From Roseovarius sp. (GTDB lineage Bacteria > Pseudomonadota > Alphaproteobacteria > Rhodobacterales > Rhodobacteraceae): a DNA stretch of 64,000 bases. A program made the position numbers and the translations under genes. The DNA lies in contig JBLWYG010000002.1 of assembly GCA_048267045.1 (NCBI GenBank), positions 2,977 to 66,976 of the forward strand. Reading direction: 5' to 3'. This document shows, one piece after another, positions 1-10,118 of this stretch; the stretch's first letter is position 1; each line of letters begins with the position of its first letter. The notes under the pieces are model-generated. The model was not told where the DNA came from. It did no database searches and saw only the letters and a program-made list of their open reading frames with translations.

Positions 1-385
1 CGTTCTGTTCGTGGTCTTCCAGATCCTCGATCAGGTCGACGACGTCGTCGCTGTCCAGCTCGCGCACGGCGTCTGCCAGCACTTCGGGATTGAGGTAGCG
101 CAGCACCTCCTCGCGGATCGAATCCTCAAGCTCCGACAGGATTTCGCCGTCGAATTCATCGCCGTATAGTCCGATCAACCGGCGCCGGTCGAACGCGTCG
201 ATCTGCTCAAGAAGGTCGGCGATGTCGGCGGCATGCAGCGGCTCAAGCTCGGCGATCAATGCGGCGCGATCATCATTGTCGACCGCGTGGATGATGCGCG
301 CGACCGCCTGACGATGCAGATCATAGGCATCCTCGCGCTCGTCCTCGGGGGCGGCAGCGTCCGGGGTCTGGTCCTGGTCGTTCAT
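1..385 (-). CDS. mgtE: Magnesium transporter MgtE, N-terminal part (runs off window start)
   Basis: Own translation, not in ORF track: MNDQDQTPD...LEPLHAADIADLLEQID...EILSELEDSIREEV...ELDSDDVVDLIEDL, the acidic MgtE_N pattern; GGGAGAG RBS before ATG at 385. Confidence 0.9.
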   Translation of the reverse strand, partial: MNDQDQTPDAAAPEDEREDAYDLHRQAVARIIHAVDNDDRAALIAELEPLHAADIADLLEQIDAFDRRRLIGLYGDEFDGEILSELEDSIREEVLRYLNPEVLADAVRELDSDDVVDLIEDLEDHEQN

Positions 386-561
386 CTACTCTCCCGCGTT
401 GCGCGTTTCGTCGATCTGCGCAGCATTACGCAAAGGCTGGGTGAAAAACAACGTGCTGTGCGGTGCGGACCGCCTGAAAATTGCATGACCGGCTCGGCCT
501 CGCCCCGGCCATCCCTGGCGCTAGGTTACGTCAAAGGACCGATCACGAGGAGAGCCGACAG

Positions 562-816
562 ATGACCCCACAGGACCCGCCAGCCACCGTGCGCCACCTG
601 CGCGCGGCCATTGCCGCCATCGAGGCCGAATTTGGCGCAGATTACGCCGCCAAGCACCCTGATCTGGTCGCCTCGCTGGTTCAATCGGCCACGATAGAAG
701 CGGCAGTTGCCACTGGCTATGGCGCCCACCAGGAGGCGCTGGGACTGGCGCAAAGCCTGACGGCACAGATCTGCGAGACGTTGCTGCGGCTGAAACCGAA
801 ATTCTTTGGTGGATAG
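562..816 (+). CDS. Hypothetical protein, 84 aa
   Basis: GAGGAG RBS before ATG 562; plausible helical protein (AIEAEFGADYAAKHPDLVASLVQSA). Confidence 0.7.
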   Translation: MTPQDPPATVRHLRAAIAAIEAEFGADYAAKHPDLVASLVQSATIEAAVATGYGAHQEALGLAQSLTAQICETLLRLKPKFFGG

Positions 817-879
817 ACTGTTGCCCGAAAAAGCTGACCTGCGAGTTTTCGCGAGGCACCGACGACACGCTGGCCGCAA

Positions 880-1314
880 TCAGCAGCCCGGACGGCCCAG
901 CACCATCACCCAGATATCGCCTTCCCGCACAAGCGCGAATTCCTGCGCACCCTCGCTCAGGATGTTGCGGCGATGCCCGGTCGAGGCCATCCAACTGGAC
1001 AGGACCTGCTCCACGCTGCTTTGCCCTTGCGCGATATTTTCGGCAATGAAGCAAAATCCGTAACCGACCGCGCGCACCCGGTCGCCAATGCCGGATCCGT
1101 TGGATCCCGTGTGACTGAAAAATCCGTTCTGCGCCATGTCGCGTGCGTGTCCCGCCGCCGCGCGGGTCAACGCCCCGCTGACGCGCAGCGGTTGCAGCCC
1201 GGCATTGGCGCGGAATGCGTTTGTCTGCCCCTGCGCTGCGGCGCCCATGTCCTGAGCGAGCGCGGGCGCGGCGCCAAGACAGAGGGTAAGGAAAAGGGCG
1301 GATATGAGGCGCAT
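880..1314 (-). CDS. Secreted CAP/SCP-domain protein
   Basis: Signal peptide MRLISALFL...ALA; motifs NAFRA, AAAGHARDMA, FSHTG, AENIAQG, WMASTGHRRNIL. Confidence 0.9.
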   Translation of the reverse strand: MRLISALFLTLCLGAAPALAQDMGAAAQGQTNAFRANAGLQPLRVSGALTRAAAGHARDMAQNGFFSHTGSNGSGIGDRVRAVGYGFCFIAENIAQGQSSVEQVLSSWMASTGHRRNILSEGAQEFALVREGDIWVMVLGRPGC

Positions 1315-1410
1315 GTTCAGGTTCTCCGGCAGTGGCAGTTGGTGCAGGTTAGCGATCCGGGCGGGGCCAGACCATCCTATTTTGGATGGCGCGGCATGCA
1401 TCCTTGTGCA

Positions 1411-2244
1411 TCACCGCACCCGCGACAAGATCGCAAGCGCGGCGCTGTGCTGCATCGGCCCCGCCGCCGCTACGATGCGCCCCCCGGCAGCGGCGGGCCC
1501 GCCCTGCCAATCGGTGACGATGCCGCCTGCCGCCTCAATCACCGCGATGGGCGCGCAGATGTCATAGGCGTTCAATCCGGCCTCGACCACCAGATCGACC
1601 TGCCCCATGGCAAGCAGTGCGTACGCATAGCAATCGCACCCATAACGCACGATTCGCGCGTGGCCCGCGATCTCGGCGAAGGCCGCGCCTTCGGCGGGCG
1701 TGCCGACGGCGGGGAAGGTCGTCATCACCGTTGCGGCGTCCAGCGCACGATCGCCGCATGTCTTGAGGGACCGCCGCCCCATCGGGCCGGTCATATCCGC
1801 CTGCCCAAGCCCCCCGACGAATCGCTCACCGATGTAGGGCTGGTCGATGATGCCATAAACCGGCCCCTGCACATCGACAGCTGCGATCAGCACGCCCCAT
1901 GTCGGCGTACCGGCGATGAACCCGCGCGTGCCGTCGATCGGATCCAGCACCCAGGTCAATCCACTGGTGCCGGCGCTGGGGCCGAACTCTTCGCCCAGGA
2001 TACTGTCATCGGGGCGGCGCTCAGCCAGAATATCGCGCATTGCGCGCTCTGCCGCGCGGTCGGCGGCCGTTACCGGATCGAACCATCCTTCGCTGAGGGC
2101 GCCGGGTAAGAACTTGTTCTCGATCGCCACCGCGCCCGCGCGGAAATAGGGCAAGATCGCTACCCGTGCGGCATCGGCCAGAAGGTGGGCGACCTTGATA
2201 ATGTCGTCCGCCTCGTCTGCGCGAAGACTGTCGGAGTAGGTCAT
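1411..2244 (-). CDS. hisN: Inositol monophosphatase family, HisN-like histidinol-phosphate phosphatase
   Basis: DPVTAADRAAE, GEEFG, WVLDPIDGTRGF, CDCYAY, DWQG motifs. Confidence 0.75.
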   Translation of the reverse strand: MTYSDSLRADEADDIIKVAHLLADAARVAILPYFRAGAVAIENKFLPGALSEGWFDPVTAADRAAERAMRDILAERRPDDSILGEEFGPSAGTSGLTWVLDPIDGTRGFIAGTPTWGVLIAAVDVQGPVYGIIDQPYIGERFVGGLGQADMTGPMGRRSLKTCGDRALDAATVMTTFPAVGTPAEGAAFAEIAGHARIVRYGCDCYAYALLAMGQVDLVVEAGLNAYDICAPIAVIEAAGGIVTDWQGGPAAAGGRIVAAAGPMQHSAALAILSRVR

Positions 2245-2280
2245 GGCGAAAGGCCCTCGCAGGTCACTATGCCACGTGAC

Positions 2281-2413
2281 TAAAGCGTTTCGGCGTCAAG
2301 GTAAAACAGGAGTTCGCCCCAAAGCGGGCGAACTCCGATCTAAGGTCGGGCATTTCAGTGGAGACCCCGCGATTCAGGTTTTTCCCGATACGTTCACTGG
2401 GCCGAACGCTTTG
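2281..2413. mobile_element. Diverged MITE-like element related to the 44198-44315 element
   Basis: Starts TAAAGCGTTTCG (same as one MITE end); 2371-2384 is a 14/14 reverse-complement match to 44211-44224; internal perfect 11-bp hairpin 2309-2336. Confidence 0.55.
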
Positions 2414-2502
2414 TTTCAGAGCTGACCGCTTCAGAGTCGCACAGCGCTGATCCCAACCTGCCGACACAGGTCCGATGCAAGATATCGGGCCGGTCCGGTG
2501 TG

Positions 2503-2886
2503 TCAGGCCACGTCGCTCAGCACGCGGGCCAGATCGAACAGGCGGCGTCGCTGGTTTTCGGGAATTGCGTAATACGACCGCACCAGATCCAGCGCTTCCT
2601 TGTCACCCAGAATGTCGGCCGGGCTGCCCTTGGCGGCTGGGGCGTCCGTCGTAGCGGCGCCCTGCGCAGTGTCCATTCCCTCAAAGAAAAACGCAACGTT
2701 GACGCCCATCGCCGCCGCGATATCCCACAGTCGCGAGGCGCTGACGCGGTTCGCACCTGTTTCGTATTTCTGGATCTGCTGGAATTTTATACCGACGCTT
2801 TCAGCCAACTGCTGCTGCGTCATTCCGGCCAGCCATCGCCGGTGCCTGATGCGTTTACCGACATGGATGTCGACGAGATGGGGCAT
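2503..2886 (-). CDS. XRE/HTH_3 transcriptional regulator (conserved alphaproteobacterial type)
   Basis: VDIHVGKRIRHRR...QQQLAESVGIKFQQIQKYETGANRVSASRL. Confidence 0.92.
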   Translation of the reverse strand: MPHLVDIHVGKRIRHRRWLAGMTQQQLAESVGIKFQQIQKYETGANRVSASRLWDIAAAMGVNVAFFFEGMDTAQGAATTDAPAAKGSPADILGDKEALDLVRSYYAIPENQRRRLFDLARVLSDVA

Positions 2887-3191
2887 ATTTTATTCCTTTT
2901 GATGGCGGCTCATACCATGCGATGCAGGGCCCGCAAATTTGCGCGCTACCTTGCACGTCCGCCTTAACTACACTCGAAAACGTGGGGCAAAGATTAACAC
3001 CGGCGCGGAGTTTTTCAACAATTATTGCATCTGTTGGGATTTTTGTTCGCATATTATTCAATTTAAGCGGGAGTGCAGGGTAAAATTCCCGACATGTCGC
3101 GGTCGAGTTTGACAGCGCTTGGCACCTTGGGCAGGGTGCGTAACGGCAGCGCACAAGCCGCCGCTCTGTCGCTTGAAAGGCTCCGAAAACC

Positions 3192-4157
3192 ATGACGATG
3201 CGCGCCCTCCGGCTGACCTCGCACGACGCGCCTCCGGCGCTGGCGGACGTCCCCCTGCCCCAGCCCGCCCCCGGGCAGATCCGGCTGCGCATCCATGCAT
3301 GCGGGTTGAACTTTGCCGATCTGCTGATGATCAAGGGAAGCTATCAGGACACGCCTGCCCTGCCCTTTACGCTGGGGATGGAGGTTGCCGGAATCGTGGA
3401 TGCGCTTGGCGACGGTGTTGTCGGCCCTGCGATCGGATCGCGCGTGGCGGTCTTTGGCGGCCAGGGCGGGCTGGCCGAATATGGCTGTTTTGACGTTGAC
3501 CGCGCGCTGCCCCTGCCCGACAGCCTGACATTCGAGGCCGCGGCCGCGTTTCAGATCGCCTATGGCACCTCGCATCTGGCGCTGGAGCATCGCGCACGGC
3601 TGAAGGCAGGCGAAACGCTGCTGGTTCTGGGTGCGGCGGGCGGTGTGGGCCTGACGGCGGTGGAGATCGGCAAGGCGATGGGCGCGCGCGTGATCGCCTG
3701 CGCGCGCGGCGCGGTCAAGCTGGAGGCGGCGCGCGCCGCCGGGGCCGACCATCTGATCGACGCCGAAACCGATGATATCCGCAAAATGATCAAGGATCTG
3801 GGCGGTGCCGACGTGGTCTATGATCCGGTCGGCGGGGACCAGTTTACCGCCGCATTCCGTGCCTGCCGTCCCGAGGCGCGCATTCTGACCATCGGATTTG
3901 CCAGCGGCGACGTGCCGCAGATCCCGGCCAATCACTTGCTGGTCAAGAACCTGACCGTCATGGGCCTCTATTGGGGCGGCTACCTGAGCTTTGCCCCCGA
4001 TGTGCTGACCGGATCGCTGCGCACCCTGCTGGACTGGGCCGCCGAGGCCCGGATCGCGCCGCGCGCGCAACACACTTATCCCTTGGACCGCGCGATGGAC
4101 GGACTGGACCTGCTGCGCACCCGAAAGTCGACCGGCAAGGTCGTCATCGCGGTCTGA
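3192..4157 (+). CDS. NADPH:quinone oxidoreductase (zinc-free MDR family)
   Basis: GLNFADLL, PFTLGME, LVLGAAGGVG, GFASG, GKVV motifs. Confidence 0.92.
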   Translation: MTMRALRLTSHDAPPALADVPLPQPAPGQIRLRIHACGLNFADLLMIKGSYQDTPALPFTLGMEVAGIVDALGDGVVGPAIGSRVAVFGGQGGLAEYGCFDVDRALPLPDSLTFEAAAAFQIAYGTSHLALEHRARLKAGETLLVLGAAGGVGLTAVEIGKAMGARVIACARGAVKLEAARAAGADHLIDAETDDIRKMIKDLGGADVVYDPVGGDQFTAAFRACRPEARILTIGFASGDVPQIPANHLLVKNLTVMGLYWGGYLSFAPDVLTGSLRTLLDWAAEARIAPRAQHTYPLDRAMDGLDLLRTRKSTGKVVIAV

Positions 4158-4349
4158 TCGCGGTCCTATCTTGGCCTCTCGGTCACCCCTCTCGCGGCTT
4201 TCTTTCGGGCAGCTTGCATCTCCGGGCCGGGCAACCTTGCAAATGATACGCAAAACCCTGACCGAAAAGCCTTGAAATACCCCACTCGCCCCACGATATT
4301 AAGCCAAAGCTCCAAATCGGGGTCTTGGCACATCAACTCGGAGGTACAG

Positions 4350-5069
4350 ATGGCTGAATACAACACAATCCGGACGGCGGGCGGCACCCGCACCGCCCAG
4401 ATTGACGAGGGCCTGCGCGCCCACATGAACAAGGTCTACAGCACCATGTCCGTCGGCATGCTGCTAACGTTCCTGACCGCTTGGGCCGTCGGCAACAATG
4501 CCTACATGATGGAAAACCTGTTCACCGGTATGATGCGCTGGGTCGTCATGTTCGCGCCGCTGATCATGGTCTTTGCCTTCGGCGCCGTCATCAACAAACT
4601 GTCGGCCGCCGCTGCGCAGCTGTTCTTCTATGCGTTTGCGGCCGTAATGGGCGTATCCATCAGCTATATCTTTGTCATCTTCACCGACTTCTCGATCGCG
4701 CAGGTTTTCCTGACGACGTCGATCGCCTTCGCCGGTCTGTCCCTTTGGGGCTATACCACCAAGAAGGACATCTCGGGCTGGGGCAGCTTCCTGATCATGG
4801 GTGTGATCGGCCTGATCGTGGCGTCGATCGTGAACATCTTCCTCGGCTCTCCGGCGATCATGTTTGCAATCTCGATCATCGGTGTTCTGATTTTCGCGGG
4901 CCTGACGGCCTATGACACCCAGTCGATCAAGAACGAGTATCTGGCTCATGCGCAACATGGCGACAGCGAATGGCTGGGCAAGTCGGCGATCATGGGCGCT
5001 CTGCGCCTCTATCTCGACTTCATCAACATGTTCATGTTTCTGCTGCAACTGATGGGAAACAGAGAGTAA
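4350..5069 (+). CDS. Bax inhibitor-1/YccA family membrane protein
   Basis: IDEGLRAHMNKVY, GYTTKKDISGWG, AYDTQSIK, GALRLYLDFINMF; GGAGG RBS. Confidence 0.95.
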   Translation: MAEYNTIRTAGGTRTAQIDEGLRAHMNKVYSTMSVGMLLTFLTAWAVGNNAYMMENLFTGMMRWVVMFAPLIMVFAFGAVINKLSAAAAQLFFYAFAAVMGVSISYIFVIFTDFSIAQVFLTTSIAFAGLSLWGYTTKKDISGWGSFLIMGVIGLIVASIVNIFLGSPAIMFAISIIGVLIFAGLTAYDTQSIKNEYLAHAQHGDSEWLGKSAIMGALRLYLDFINMFMFLLQLMGNRE

Positions 5070-5097
5070 ATTTCACTCTGCACCTCCGCTGAATACC

Positions 5098-5137
5098 AAA
5101 GCCTGCCAGGCATCTGCCCTGGCAGGCTTTTCTTTTT
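5098..5137 (+). terminator. Intrinsic terminator after the BI-1 gene (possibly bidirectional)
   Basis: Perfect 13-bp stem AAAGCCTGCCAGG/CCTGGCAGGCTTT followed by a T run. Confidence 0.88.
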
Positions 5138-5220
5138 CCGGCGCGCGGTTTGCCAGCGCATTCCTCGATGGCATGGAAGGTCGCCCTCGCTTCGATCCCC
5201 AAAGCGTCGCTGCCAGCGCC

Positions 5221-6114
5221 TCAGTCGCTCATCGCGCGGGCAAGACGCCTTATCCGCAGCGCGCGGTTCAACTCGCCCCCAAAAATCAGGAGAAGCGCCG
5301 CAAGATACATGAAATATATCGCCGCGATGATACCCGCCATGCCCGCATAATAGCTGGCATAGGTGCCAAAACTGCCAACGTAGAACGAAAAGACGGCGGC
5401 CAGCAGCGTCCAGGCGATAGCGGTAAACACGACCCCCGGCCATATATTGGAAAATGTCGTCCGCCGGGCCGGCAGCAGAACATGCGCCGCAAATAACGCA
5501 GTCACGAAGATGGAGGCCGACGCCGGGAACCGGATCAAGCTGATCGTGACCGACGCGGGATCGAAATCCGGTATCAACGTGTGCAGCCACGATCCCGCCC
5601 GCGGCGCAAGAACCAGAAGATACCCGACCAGCACCAGCGCCAGGCTGGCAAGGATGACCATGGCGACCTGAACACCGTAAATCACGAAAACGGAACGTGT
5701 TTCGCGAATCCCGTAGGCGCGGTTCAGCCCGACGCGGGCGCCATCGACGCCGCCGACCGCGAACCAGATCGTCAGCAGGATACCGACGCTCAGAACGTCT
5801 CCGCGCGGCACCGTCATCACCTGCTCGACCTCGGAAACGATGGGATTGATCAGGTCCGAAGGCACAATGGCGATCAGGAAATCGACCAGATCATTGGCCA
5901 TCGACCGGTCGCCGATGAACGCTGTCATCGCGCTGGTAAAGATCAGAAACGGAAAAAGCGCCAGCAGGGCGCGGAAGGCGACATTGCCCGCCAATCCAAA
6001 GGCATCATCGCTCCACAGCCTCAGAATCGCTTCGCGCATGACCGCCCGCGCGACGCGCCATCCCGTTGCATGAAACAGATCCTCGGGGTTTTCACTGAGC
6101 ACGCCGTGGGTCAT
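5221..6114 (-). CDS. YihY/virulence factor BrkB family membrane protein
   Basis: AGNVAFRALLALFP, GLNRAYG, WPGVVF, YYAGMAGII..YFMY..FGGELN; start uncertain (6114-6156). Confidence 0.88.
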   Translation of the reverse strand: MTHGVLSENPEDLFHATGWRVARAVMREAILRLWSDDAFGLAGNVAFRALLALFPFLIFTSAMTAFIGDRSMANDLVDFLIAIVPSDLINPIVSEVEQVMTVPRGDVLSVGILLTIWFAVGGVDGARVGLNRAYGIRETRSVFVIYGVQVAMVILASLALVLVGYLLVLAPRAGSWLHTLIPDFDPASVTISLIRFPASASIFVTALFAAHVLLPARRTTFSNIWPGVVFTAIAWTLLAAVFSFYVGSFGTYASYYAGMAGIIAAIYFMYLAALLLIFGGELNRALRIRRLARAMSD

Positions 6115-6442
6115 CACGACCTCGCGCCGCCTGTCATGGCCAGACTTGGCACTCATGCTTTGATCCCGCTCACGTGCATTTCCCGCACGGCCCCGCGGCA
6201 CGCGCCCGGGGAATGATATCGCCCCGGCATCCGGTGCACCACAGATAAACCTGCGCAAACGGGGGTTGCCAAGCATGGCGGGATCAAACAACCTCAAGTT
6301 ATTGCTGCACGCGCCGTGCCCCTTTCATAAATGGCGCATACCTTGGAGGGACTGATCCAGGACACGCCCGCGCTGCGCAGGCCGCAAAAAGGCGAACGTC
6401 CCTGCCCATACCCGGCAGGAAATTCAACAGGAGGAAAACACC

Positions 6443-7972
6443 ATGTCCAACGAAGCCAAAGTACCGCGCCGACCATCGCTGTTCCTCGCGCTCGTTCCCG
6501 TTGTCCTGACGCTGATGCTGCTTGCGCTGCAATTGTTCTATTTCAGCGATTTCACACCGCAGATCCCTCTTGCCATCGGGCTGGCGATCACGGGCGTTCT
6601 GGGCATCTATCTGGGGCATGACTGGAGCGGCCTGGAAGAGGGCGTGTTCCACGTCATCACCGTCTCGCTGCCATCGGTGTCGGTGCTGATCGTGGTCGGC
6701 ATGATCATCGGTGTCTGGATCGCCAGCGGTACGGTGCCGACATTGATCTATTACGGTCTGATCATCCTGTCGCCGCAGATCTTTCTTGCGGCGGCCATGA
6801 TCATGTGCGCAATCGTGTCGCTGTCGCTGGGCACATCATGGGGCACGGTCGGCACGGTGGGTCTGGCACTGATGGGGATCGGTGCAGGCTTTGACGTGCC
6901 GATGTACTGGACCGCGGGGGCGGTAGTGTCGGGCGCGTTCTTCGGTGACAAGATCTCGCCGCTGTCGGACACGACAAACCTTGCGCCCGCTGTTACCGGA
7001 CAGGACCTGTTTGCCCATATCCGCAACATGATGCCGACGACCGTGCCCGCCATGCTGATCGCATTGGCAATCTATTTCTGGGCCGGCTTCAGCCTGATGG
7101 AAAGCGCCGACGGGGCCGCGTTCGAGCGAATTGACGCGATTACCACCGCACTTCAGGCAAACTTCAGCATTTCTCCCTGGTTGCTGGTGCCCGCGCTGCT
7201 GGTCATCGTGCTTGCCGTCATGCAACAACCGCCCATCCCGTCGCTGTTCGCCGGTGTGCTGATCGGCGGCCTGGTGGCGATCATTGCGCAGGGCGTAACG
7301 CTGCACGAGGTGTTCCAGTTCGCGAACAGTGGCTACAAGATTGATACAGGCGTCAGCGAAATCGACGGTCTGCTGAACAGAGGCGGCATTCAGTCGATGA
7401 TGTGGACGATCTCGCTGATTCTGATCGCGCTGGGCTTTGGCGGCGTGCTGGAGCGTACGGGCTGCCTGCAAACCATCATCGCGGCAATCCTGACCAAGGT
7501 GCACAGCTTTGGCGGCGTGCAGACAGCCGCCATCGGCACCTCGGTTGCGACAAATCTGGTGGCCGGCGATCCCTATCTGTCGATTGCCCTGCCCGGCCGC
7601 ATGTATTCGCCGGTCTATCGCGGCATGGGATATTCAACGCTGAACCTGTCACGCGCGACCGAAGAAGGCGGCACGCTAATGTCGCCGCTCATCCCATGGA
7701 ATGCTGGGGGCGCCTTCGTCATCACTGCACTCGGGCTGGGCATATCGTCGGGGAACCTGGAAAACCTGCTGTATATTCCGCTGGCCTTTGCCTGCTGGAT
7801 CACGCCGGTAATCGGGATCATTTACGCTTGGACCGGGTTATTCTCGCCGCGCGCCGGTGAGGCCGAGCGCAAGGACTGGGTGAATAACGACCGTGAAATC
7901 ACGGATATGAGCGACTATGGCTATGAGCACCCGTTGACCTCCGACCAGGCCGAGCCGACCCCTGCCGAGTAG
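6443..7972 (+). CDS. nhaC: NhaC-family Na+/H+ antiporter / solute transporter
   Basis: GTVPTLIYYG, GTSWGTVGTVG, GAFFGDKISPLSDTTNLA, LNRGGIQSM, PLIPWN; GGAGG RBS. Confidence 0.9.
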   Translation: MSNEAKVPRRPSLFLALVPVVLTLMLLALQLFYFSDFTPQIPLAIGLAITGVLGIYLGHDWSGLEEGVFHVITVSLPSVSVLIVVGMIIGVWIASGTVPTLIYYGLIILSPQIFLAAAMIMCAIVSLSLGTSWGTVGTVGLALMGIGAGFDVPMYWTAGAVVSGAFFGDKISPLSDTTNLAPAVTGQDLFAHIRNMMPTTVPAMLIALAIYFWAGFSLMESADGAAFERIDAITTALQANFSISPWLLVPALLVIVLAVMQQPPIPSLFAGVLIGGLVAIIAQGVTLHEVFQFANSGYKIDTGVSEIDGLLNRGGIQSMMWTISLILIALGFGGVLERTGCLQTIIAAILTKVHSFGGVQTAAIGTSVATNLVAGDPYLSIALPGRMYSPVYRGMGYSTLNLSRATEEGGTLMSPLIPWNAGGAFVITALGLGISSGNLENLLYIPLAFACWITPVIGIIYAWTGLFSPRAGEAERKDWVNNDREITDMSDYGYEHPLTSDQAEPTPAE

Positions 7973-7999
7973 GCCAGAAACCCGACAGCCGCGCCTTAG

Positions 8000-8029
8000 C
8001 CCGTCCTGTTTACGATCAGACAGGGCGGG
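8000..8029. terminator. Stem-loop between convergent nhaC and histidine kinase genes
   Basis: 12-bp stem CCCGTCCTGTTT/AGACAGGGCGGG (2 G-U pairs). Confidence 0.6.
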
Positions 8030-8079
8030 TGAATGCAGAAGTGCGGTATCTTTGTATTCTGTGGAGGCGCCGATAGCGA

Positions 8080-9414
8080 TCACGCCCGTTCCGGCCCCGG
8101 CATCACGAATTCCGCCATGACCCCGCCGCGCTGCCCCGGCGCGGGCGAGTGCAGCGCCAGCGCGCCGCCAGCGCCCTCCGCGATGGCCTTGGCGATCGAC
8201 AGACCCAGCCCGCTGCCGCGCGACAGCGATTGCCCGCGCTCGAACCGCGCGGTGAGCTGCGCCAAAATCTCGGGCGGAACGGGCAGGCCGTCATTGGCGA
8301 CGCGCAGAAAGCCGCTGCGCAGCATGACCTGCACCGGCGCATCCTCCCTGCCGTGGCGCAGCGCATTCTCGATCAGGTTGCGGGCAAGGATGGCAAAGGC
8401 GTCTGGGTCGATATCGGACAGAACCGGGTCATCCGGTATGTCGCGCATGATGCGCCCGGCGCCTGCCGCGCGCTGAAAATCGGACAACACCATATCCAGC
8501 ACCGGGCGCATGTCCGAAGCGGTATCGCGCCGCAGCCGCCCCCCTTCGGCGCGGGCCAGTTGCATCAGCTTTTCCGATAGCCGGGTAAGGCGTTTGAGCG
8601 ATGTCTCGATCTCGGCGGCCCGGTCGCTGGTGACAGGGTCGGTGGTCTCGCTGAGAAGCCTCTGCGTCTGGGCCAGCGCCGCCGCGACCGGGGTGCGAAG
8701 CTCATGTGCAGCGTTGGCGGTGAAGCTGCGCTCGGCCTCCAACGTGCGGCTCAGCCGCTCAAACAGCTGATTGACGGCCTCGGCCACAGGCGTGATTTCG
8801 GCAGGCAGATCACCCTGCCGGACCGGCGACAGATCGCGCGCGCCCCGGCTGGACAGGTCGGCGCTGAACCGGCGCACGGGGCGCAGGCTGTAGCGGACAA
8901 TCGCGTAGACGCCCAGCAGGCTAAGCGGAATGATCGCGATCAGCGGCAGCGCCAATGCCATCAACGCCTCGCGCGCGACGGCCGCCCGGTGGCCCAGCGG
9001 CTCGGCCACGGCGATCGTGATCGTGCCCTGCAGCGCCGCATCGTAATACAGCCGATCCGTGGCTGTCTGGCGAAATCCCATCCCGTCGAAGGGTGGAAAA
9101 TCGGCATCCTCGGCGGCGTGCGACCGCATGAGGACACGGCCCTGATCGTCGCGCACCAGATAGGTGAAGTACTCATCATGCCGACGCAAGGTGGCGATGC
9201 GCTGGCCGAGCGCTTCGGCGTCACTATCCAGAATTTCCAGCACCGCCAGCGGCAGGATGCGCTGCGCCGTCTCCTCCAGCGCGGAATCGAACACCCGGTC
9301 CATCTCTGCCCGCAGCTGCGTGGCCGTGGCCCATGCAACCGCCAGCCAAAGCGCTGTCAGCCCCAGCCCCAGCCCCAGCGCCAGCCGCCCTTGCAGCGAT
9401 CGCGGCCCCCTCAT
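8080..9414 (-). CDS. Sensor histidine kinase (QseC-like, 2 TM, HAMP, HisKA, HATPase)
   Basis: FTANAAHELRTP H-box, NLIENALRHG N-box, GSGLGLSI G-box. Confidence 0.95.
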   Translation of the reverse strand: MRGPRSLQGRLALGLGLGLTALWLAVAWATATQLRAEMDRVFDSALEETAQRILPLAVLEILDSDAEALGQRIATLRRHDEYFTYLVRDDQGRVLMRSHAAEDADFPPFDGMGFRQTATDRLYYDAALQGTITIAVAEPLGHRAAVAREALMALALPLIAIIPLSLLGVYAIVRYSLRPVRRFSADLSSRGARDLSPVRQGDLPAEITPVAEAVNQLFERLSRTLEAERSFTANAAHELRTPVAAALAQTQRLLSETTDPVTSDRAAEIETSLKRLTRLSEKLMQLARAEGGRLRRDTASDMRPVLDMVLSDFQRAAGAGRIMRDIPDDPVLSDIDPDAFAILARNLIENALRHGREDAPVQVMLRSGFLRVANDGLPVPPEILAQLTARFERGQSLSRGSGLGLSIAKAIAEGAGGALALHSPAPGQRGGVMAEFVMPGPERA

Positions 9415-10070
9415 GCGGCCCCCAGCCGATAGCCCATGCCGCGCACCGTTTCGATCCGGTCATGGCCCAGCTTCTTGCGCAGGCGGCTGACATGCACCTC
9501 GATCGTGTTGCTGTCGATCTCTGCCTCGAAGGAATAGAGCCGCTCCTCCAGCTGCGCCTTGGAAAACAGCTGACCGGGCCGCTGCAGAAGCGCCTCCAGC
9601 AGCACCCATTCGCGCGCGGTAAGCGCCACCGGCCGGCCATCCCGCAGGACCGAGCGTGCGGCCAGATCAATCTCCAGATCCCGAAGCGTGATCAACGGAT
9701 TGGGATTTCCCGAATAGCGCCGCGCCACCGACCCGACCCGCGCCGACAATTCGGCCAGATCGAAGGGCTTGATCATGTAATCGTCCGCGCCCGCATTCAG
9801 CCCCTCGATCCGATCGCTGATCTGGTCCATCGCGGTCAGGATGATCACCGGCGTGACATCGCCGCGCGTGCGCAGCGCGCGCAGGAACGGCTGGCCGCGC
9901 CCGTCGGGCAGCATCAGGTCCAGCAGGATCAGATCATAGTTGGCCACGTCCAGAAATTCGCGCGCCGCATCCAGCCGCCCGGCCCAGTCCACAGAATGGC
10001 CGTCGGCGGCGATCTGGTCATGCACCGCCCCCGCCAGCACCGTATCGTCCTCGATCAGCAATACACGCAT
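9411..10070 (-). CDS. OmpR-family response regulator (QseB-like)
   Basis: LLIEDD, LLDLMLPDG, GADDYMIKPF, IETVRGMGYRL; 4-nt overlap with the kinase. Confidence 0.95.
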   Translation of the reverse strand: MRVLLIEDDTVLAGAVHDQIAADGHSVDWAGRLDAAREFLDVANYDLILLDLMLPDGRGQPFLRALRTRGDVTPVIILTAMDQISDRIEGLNAGADDYMIKPFDLAELSARVGSVARRYSGNPNPLITLRDLEIDLAARSVLRDGRPVALTAREWVLLEALLQRPGQLFSKAQLEERLYSFEAEIDSNTIEVHVSRLRKKLGHDRIETVRGMGYRLGAA

Positions 10071-10118
10071 CGGCCCGCCCCTCCTGGTTCGGTTTCTCCC
10101 TCTCTATCATTGACCAAG

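Noticed and set aside
2887-3191. CtrA boxes upstream of the XRE regulator
   Set aside because: Two TTAAC half-sites are about 30 nt apart, not TTAA-N7-TTAA
6157-6442. Riboswitch or sigma-54 promoter upstream of nhaC
   Set aside because: TGGCGC-N5-TTGGA misses the conserved -12 C; no lysine/glycine/SAM aptamer core recognisable
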